Source: a virus (Duplodnaviria > Heunggongvirae > Uroviricota > Caudoviricetes). From it: a DNA stretch of 10,458 bases. The stretch covers positions 74,237-84,694 of IMG/VR virus record IMGVR_UViG_2974644367_000001; one strand, given 5' to 3'. The notes beneath the pieces were generated by a model. It ran no database searches. It saw only the letters and a program-made list of their open reading frames with translations, and was not told the DNA's origin. Both the position numbers and the translations under genes were made by a program. Of this stretch, positions 6,548 to 10,458 are shown piece by piece (position 1 is the first letter of the stretch; every line of letters starts with the position of its first letter).

Positions 6548-7135
6548 ATGTTATGCGTCCACGGTACAACTTTAGAAAACTTCAAAATGATGATTGCCGG
6601 AGAAGGCAAGCCGTCCGGTGCATGGAACGTGTCAGAATGTGACGCCGCAACCTATTTCTACCCGCTTGATAAAATCGCTAAAGCTGAATGTCTTGAACTC
6701 TCTGATTTTGACGATGAGGCAGATTATCAGGCCGCTATCCTTGAAGCTGCAAAACGCCACGCAAGAGGAAACGCCACGACAACGGCGGCAATCCTTGAAC
6801 GTGATGCTAAACTGATTATTTTTCTTGCTGATGTTCCCGATTGCCTATTAGAGGATGATTATTCTTGTGATAACATGGCCGATATTGCCTCTTTCATTCA
6901 TGAAGATGATTTTAAGGTTGAAATGATTCTTAAAATCTGGCAGTATGAGTTTTTCGGAATCTTTAGCCCGTATTGTGTGCAACCTGATAACCCTTACACG
7001 GCGACAATGAGTTATCACCTTGAACAAATGGCAAGGGCTATCCAGAATTCAAACGCTTATCTTTATGATACTATTGAAGAGTCATTAGATGAGAGTGAAC
7101 AAGAAAAAGATTTAGATTTTCTGATTAACATCTAA
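6548..7135 (+). CDS. Acidic early protein (195 aa) with an N-terminal HGT motif; possible ADP-ribosyltransferase-like fold
   Basis: Start reassigned to ATG 6548 (SD GAGGA after A3); 38 D+E versus 13 K+R. The CDS is well supported; the fold is speculative. Confidence 0.8.
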   Translation: MLCVHGTTLENFKMMIAGEGKPSGAWNVSECDAATYFYPLDKIAKAECLELSDFDDEADYQAAILEAAKRHARGNATTTAAILERDAKLIIFLADVPDCLLEDDYSCDNMADIASFIHEDDFKVEMILKIWQYEFFGIFSPYCVQPDNPYTATMSYHLEQMARAIQNSNAYLYDTIEESLDESEQEKDLDFLINI

Positions 7136-7142
7136 AAAGAGC

Positions 7143-7180
7143 TTTACAGGGGGTTACGGTTATGAGACTATAACCCCGTC
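7143..7180 (+). promoter_or_regulatory. Type-B hairpin-promoter, copy B2 (A-type upstream half)
   Basis: TTTACA (7143-7148)-17-GACTAT (7166-7171); 31-bp core identical to B1 and B3. Confidence 0.78.
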
Positions 7181-7213
7181 GAAACAAACAACCCCTTATA
7201 AAGGAATCAAAAC

Positions 7214-7540
7214 ATGTTACACATTGCCCACATGCAAAACTACCGTTCACGCACTGCATCAGTAAAACGTTATGGCAAATTTAAAGCGATGCGTTTTGAA
7301 TGGGCTTGCTATCGTAAATTCCTGAATTTTGACCGCTCAAAGTTTGTTGTACACTCTCAACCGCTGGATAATCGCAAGTTAGAAGCCCTTGCCCGTCACG
7401 CTGGCTTAATCCTTGCAAAACACGGTCAAGACGTTGCAAGCGACTTTGTAAACCGTTGTTTTACCGCTTTACCGTATACCAATAATCTAACGGTTGGCCT
7501 GTTTATTGAACGTGTTGAATTCTTCGCAACAACACACTAA
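7214..7540 (+). CDS. Early hypothetical protein (108 aa)
   Basis: CCTTATAAAGGAA leader; YRSRTASVKR and GLFIERVE recalled from Felix O1-like early proteins (unverified). Confidence 0.85.
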   Translation: MLHIAHMQNYRSRTASVKRYGKFKAMRFEWACYRKFLNFDRSKFVVHSQPLDNRKLEALARHAGLILAKHGQDVASDFVNRCFTALPYTNNLTVGLFIERVEFFATTH

Positions 7541-7546
7541 AAAGCA

Positions 7547-7584
7547 TTGCAAAGGGGTTACGGTTATGAGACTATAACCCCGTC
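7547..7584 (+). promoter_or_regulatory. Type-B hairpin-promoter, copy B3
   Basis: TTGCAA (7547-7552)-17-GACTAT (7570-7575). Confidence 0.75.
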
Positions 7585-7613
7585 AAAAGAAAACCTTAAA
7601 CAGGAATCAAAAC

Positions 7614-7859
7614 ATGTTAAATCATCAAAGCGGTATCGTTTCCCTTGAAAGTGGTCAAGAAATCACTCTGGCAAAACTGCAAGAAATCTATCTTGACTGG
7701 ATTAATAATTTCTTGACTGTTGAACGTTTCGCAGAATATTACGCTTTAGAAGTTGATGAAGCGCAAATAATCATTCAAGCGGGGCATAAGGTGCAAGGGC
7801 TTTACTCTGGAATGTTAAAAGAGCTTCAAGCCAGCGCATTAAAAGCACTTCAAGACTAA
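7614..7859 (+). CDS. Early hypothetical protein (81 aa)
   Basis: CCTTAAACAGGAA leader; YLDWINNFLTVERFAEYY recalled as a common small phage family. Confidence 0.85.
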   Translation: MLNHQSGIVSLESGQEITLAKLQEIYLDWINNFLTVERFAEYYALEVDEAQIIIQAGHKVQGLYSGMLKELQASALKALQD

Positions 7860-7860
7860 A

Positions 7861-7916
7861 AAGAGCTTTACAAGGTGTTTAGATGTTTGATAATCTAAGC
7901 ACCTGATAAAGAGCTT
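7861..7916 (+). promoter_or_regulatory. Type-A hairpin-promoter, copy A4
   Basis: TTTACA (7867-7872)-18-TAATCT (7891-7896), extended -10 TG; 19 of 23 symmetric positions pair. Confidence 0.82.
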
Positions 7917-7936
7917 TCTTAAAAAGGTGAAAACGC

Positions 7937-8215
7937 ATGAAAATGACAGATTCAGAACAGAAAACTGTTCAACGTCTAATGAAAGATTTAGGCTTTACCA
8001 CTATGACCGCCACAAAACAACCCGTTATGGAATGGTACAACGGCGTAATAGATGCAAAGGAAAAGATTGTAAACCTCTGGCGCTTCAATGGTGAATTGCA
8101 ATTTGAAGTTTACGACAACACAAACAAAAGCCCTACAAAGTCAACTAAAGATTTAGAACAATCTTACACGATTTGGGCAAACGGTCATTTTATCATCAAT
8201 CCGAAAAAGGTGTAA
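7937..8215 (+). CDS. Early hypothetical protein (92 aa)
   Basis: SD AAGGTG 7 nt upstream, directly behind A4. Confidence 0.8.
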   Translation: MKMTDSEQKTVQRLMKDLGFTTMTATKQPVMEWYNGVIDAKEKIVNLWRFNGELQFEVYDNTNKSPTKSTKDLEQSYTIWANGHFIINPKKV

Positions 8216-8218
8216 ATA

Positions 8219-8464
8219 ATGGTACTCTTTCCAACAATCTTGTTAATTGCTTCATCATGTTCTAACCTGAATTCTTGCCAATTCTCACAGCTTGATAGCT
8301 GGCAAGGTGTCCCGTCAAATGTGAGTATTGAAGAGTGTATAGCCCGCCGTGGCGACTTTCCAGATGATGAAACAGGGTGTTTTGTACTTGCCGGAGAAGA
8401 TGCCAAAACGCTAACCCTTGAAAACATCGAAACAGGGGAATGGGTAGAAATCGACAAAGATTAA
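8219..8464 (+). CDS. Small Cys-containing, probably exported protein (YebW/DUF1482-like pattern)
   Basis: Hydrophobic N-terminus, C-x5-C ... EEC-x13-CF; SD AAGGTG inside the upstream gene end. Confidence 0.7.
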   Translation: MVLFPTILLIASSCSNLNSCQFSQLDSWQGVPSNVSIEECIARRGDFPDDETGCFVLAGEDAKTLTLENIETGEWVEIDKD

Positions 8465-8477
8465 ATTATTTTTCATC

Positions 8478-8499
8478 AGGGGCTTTACAGCCCCTTTTT
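8478..8499 (+). terminator. Rho-independent terminator overlapping the next promoter
   Basis: AGGGGC-TTTACA-GCCCCT followed by TTTT. Confidence 0.8.
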
Positions 8500-8513
8500 C
8501 GTTTTGCTATACT
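8484..8513 (+). promoter_or_regulatory. Sigma70 promoter
   Basis: TTTACA (8484-8489)-18-TATACT (8508-8513) with extended -10 TG. Confidence 0.82.
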
Positions 8514-8566
8514 CTTTTCATCGGTTGAGCAGTCAACCACAACAAAACCTTAAACAGGAATAAAAC

Positions 8567-9139
8567 ATGAAAAAGTCAATCGCAATCAACCTTATCCGCT
8601 CTTCTTCTGTAATGACCCGTATCAACAAAGAAAGCTGGACTTTTCAGACCTCTTTTAGCGGTGAATTCGCAGTAATCAACAAGGCTTCAAATGGTGTCTA
8701 TTTCGTCCACACTAAAGGCAACAAGGCAACCACACACAAAACCTTTATGGCGGCTGTTGCGTCCATCCTTGACCTGTATTTAGAAATCATTCATGATTCT
8801 ATGCGCCGTAAGATTCAGGAGCTTAAAAGCCGTTACAACTCCTTAGAACTGATGCGCTACACTCACAAAGATAACCTTAATCGTTTTGTTATCGCTGATG
8901 AAGTTTTAGACATCATGCAGGGTGAAAATGGTGAAATTGTGACCGACATTTTAAAGGGTAACTTTGCAACGTATCGCACTGAATTAGCCGCTAAAGCCGC
9001 CATGAAACATCGTTTTGTGTCTGCTGCTTACACACTTGAAAGTGTTATTGAAAGGATGAGTAAAGCAACGTTTAAGACGCTCACACTATTACAAGCCAAC
9101 TTACCAGAATCTTTCAAAGTAACCACTTTCGACGCTTGA
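8567..9139 (+). CDS. Early hypothetical protein (190 aa)
   Basis: CCTTAAACAGGAA leader; clean ORF. Confidence 0.85.
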   Translation: MKKSIAINLIRSSSVMTRINKESWTFQTSFSGEFAVINKASNGVYFVHTKGNKATTHKTFMAAVASILDLYLEIIHDSMRRKIQELKSRYNSLELMRYTHKDNLNRFVIADEVLDIMQGENGEIVTDILKGNFATYRTELAAKAAMKHRFVSAAYTLESVIERMSKATFKTLTLLQANLPESFKVTTFDA

Positions 9140-9170
9140 CAGGTAACATCAAAGGGGGTTAAAATCCCCC
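9136..9170 (+). promoter_or_regulatory. Sigma70 promoter with GGGGG/CCCCC flanking the -10
   Basis: TTGACA (9136-9141, contains the upstream TGA stop)-18-TAAAAT (9160-9165); +1 about 9172 (ATCAAACAA). Confidence 0.75.
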
Positions 9171-9204
9171 TATCAAACAAAAACCTTAAACAGGAACAAA
9201 CAAA

Positions 9205-9447
9205 ATGAATATCTTGAAAACTAACGATTTATGCCGCTTGATGCACCGCGATTTAGGTAAACCATACGTTTACTTTATTGAGGACGGTAAAACATACTCT
9301 TACAACGTGAACAGGTTCGGGGCTTATGCTGCTAAAAACGGTCTTCTGATGAAGTCTAAAAAGCTGCTAATCATCGCTGATGAGGATGAAAAACCAACCT
9401 TAGCAGTCAAAATCTATTTCTATAAAAAGCCTAAAAATCCTCAATAA
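9205..9447 (+). CDS. Early hypothetical protein (80 aa), last gene of the module
   Basis: CCTTAAACAGGAA leader; clean ORF. Confidence 0.82.
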   Translation: MNILKTNDLCRLMHRDLGKPYVYFIEDGKTYSYNVNRFGAYAAKNGLLMKSKKLLIIADEDEKPTLAVKIYFYKKPKNPQ

Positions 9448-9469
9448 TCAGTAACTTATCAAATAGCCC

Positions 9470-9498
9470 TTGACATTCCACTTGACAGGGGCTAAAGT
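9470..9498 (+). promoter_or_regulatory. Sigma70-type promoter facing the ORF-less region
   Basis: TTGACA (9470-9475)-17-TAAAGT (9493-9498), overlapped by a 9-bp stem (9464-9472 / 9486-9494). Confidence 0.6.
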
Positions 9499-9592
9499 GT
9501 TTTAAGGGTTTTCTCTTAATCCACCCTTTCTATATTCTGTATTCCTCTCTTTAAAGACTCTTTACCATTCCTTTGATTATCGTCTAATTGTC

Positions 9593-9891
9593 TTCTAAAC
9601 AGCATTCTAAGCCGTTAACACTGGCATATAGTCCCGCTATAGTGATTCTTCTAAACAGTCTTCTAAACCGTTCCACTCCTTCCCTAACAGTGGGAACCCC
9701 ACAGGGAACCAGATTAGACAGTCTTCTATAACCCTTCTAAATCGCATTCTAAGCGTTTCTAAGTCTACCCCTTACGATTGGGTTAGTAACCCTTCTAAGT
9801 CTCTTCTAAGAGCATTCTACGGCCTCATTAAATGATTGCTTTCACACTTGCTTTCTGTTAGTCTTCTAAGCCCCTTCTAAGAGTCTTCTAC
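9593..9891 (+). repeat. Helically phased TTCTA(A) array
   Basis: 14 copies at 9593, 9605; 9649, 9661; 9724, 9735, 9747, 9757; 9793, 9804, 9815; 9864, 9875, 9886 (10-12 bp steps within clusters). Confidence 0.88.
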
Positions 9892-10034
9892 GATGAATCA
9901 CTATCATTGATTGTTGGTTGTTGGAGTCTTCAAAACGTCTTATTGTTGGCTTGTCAGACTCTTAAAAGATGGGTTAAGATACTGGACAAAACACTGTCAA
10001 TATTTACGCTATGGTTAGCCACTTTTACATTTCG

Positions 10035-10437
10035 TTAACAACTTTTTAACATCTCTGCAACATTCTATTCAGTCATCTGCATAACATCTTGACAACATTC
10101 TATTAACATTCCTGTTACAACTCTTTAACGATTCTTTAACACGGTCATGTTAAGAGTCTGTTACAACCCTGTTAAAATTTCTCGATACAAATTAACATTT
10201 CGATAACATGGTGATTCAACTGTAAAGCCATTTGTCAAGTCTAATAAATTCTCTTCAAACCCTTGACAATCCTGATTAGTTGAGTTGTTAAGACCCTGTT
10301 AAAATCCTGTTAAGATTGTTAAAGAGAATGGGTAAATGTTAACGGATTAGATGAATTGTTAAGAGCTTTGGAGAGTTGTTAAGAGACTGTTAAGAGAATG
10401 TTGCAGATATGTTAAGATTTTGCAAAGGAACGGTTAA
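10035..10437. repeat. 11-bp-phased TTAACA / TGTTAA arrays in inverted arrangement
   Basis: TTAACA-like at 10035, 10046, 10057, 10081-10136 (six at exact 11-bp steps), 10192, 10203; TGTTAA-like at 10148, 10159, 10170, 10286, 10297, 10308, 10317, 10337, 10357, 10377, 10388, 10399, 10410, 10432. Confidence 0.9.
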
Positions 10438-10458
10438 CTTCTGAGAAGCGGCCACTAA

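Noticed and set aside
1781-6815. Alternate-frame + ORFs 1781-1993, 2138-2395, 3645-3836, 4719-4964, 6594-6815
   Set aside because: Nested in better genes with no convincing RBS or motif, unlike the o-spanin overlap.
2602-7916. CRISPR array interpretation of the 37-bp, type-A or type-B repeats
   Set aside because: The 37-bp units have no unique spacers, the A/B copies are separated by whole genes, and there are no cas genes.
4062-7916. Integron attC sites
   Set aside because: Palindromes follow stop codons but lack the RYYYAAC...GTTRRRY order, contain promoters, and no integrase is present.
4062-7916. Type-A/B hairpins as intrinsic terminators or N4-type hairpin promoters
   Set aside because: No U-tract directly after a GC stem; loops are larger than N4 triloops and sigma70 boxes already explain them.
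258-8457. Minus-strand track ORFs 258-581, 718-1080, 1735-1956, 5514-5762, 8185-8457
   Set aside because: Antisense shadows of well-supported + strand genes; no supporting SD or promoter noticed.
9482-10268. Extra TTGACA hexamers at 9482, 10089, 10263 and minus-strand copies at 9995, 10233
   Set aside because: No acceptable -10 at 16-18 bp.
9448-10458. tRNA or rRNA genes in the ORF-less stretches
   Set aside because: No T-loop GTTCRA/cloverleaf or rRNA signature seen; the sequence is explained by short phased repeats.

Overview
Lytic-phage DNA, AT-rich (about 40% GC by eye), with every credible gene on the + strand. Four parts. (1) 1-2582: tightly coupled core-type genes: three hypotheticals, a UUCG terminator, an overlapping i-spanin/o-spanin (Rz/Rz1-like) pair, a macrodomain protein with a C-terminal extension, and a terminator. 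(2) 2583-2940: non-coding block with four 37-39 bp tandem repeats and a leftward sigma70-type promoter that has no credible ORF. (3) 2942-9447: early/host-takeover module of 16 small genes, including a T4 Imm-like superinfection-immunity protein and an acidic HGT-motif protein. It is driven by 11 rightward sigma70 promoters, most built from two repeated hairpin-promoter families plus a conserved leader and RBS. (4) 9448-10458: about 1 kb without ORFs, with a twelfth rightward promoter and 11-bp-phased TTCTAA and TTAACA/TGTTAA arrays in partly inverted arrangement (possible terminus, packaging or origin region). A manual scan found no GATC and no CCWGG. From memory the layout resembles Felix O1-like (Ounavirinae) enterobacterial myoviruses; this was not database-checked.
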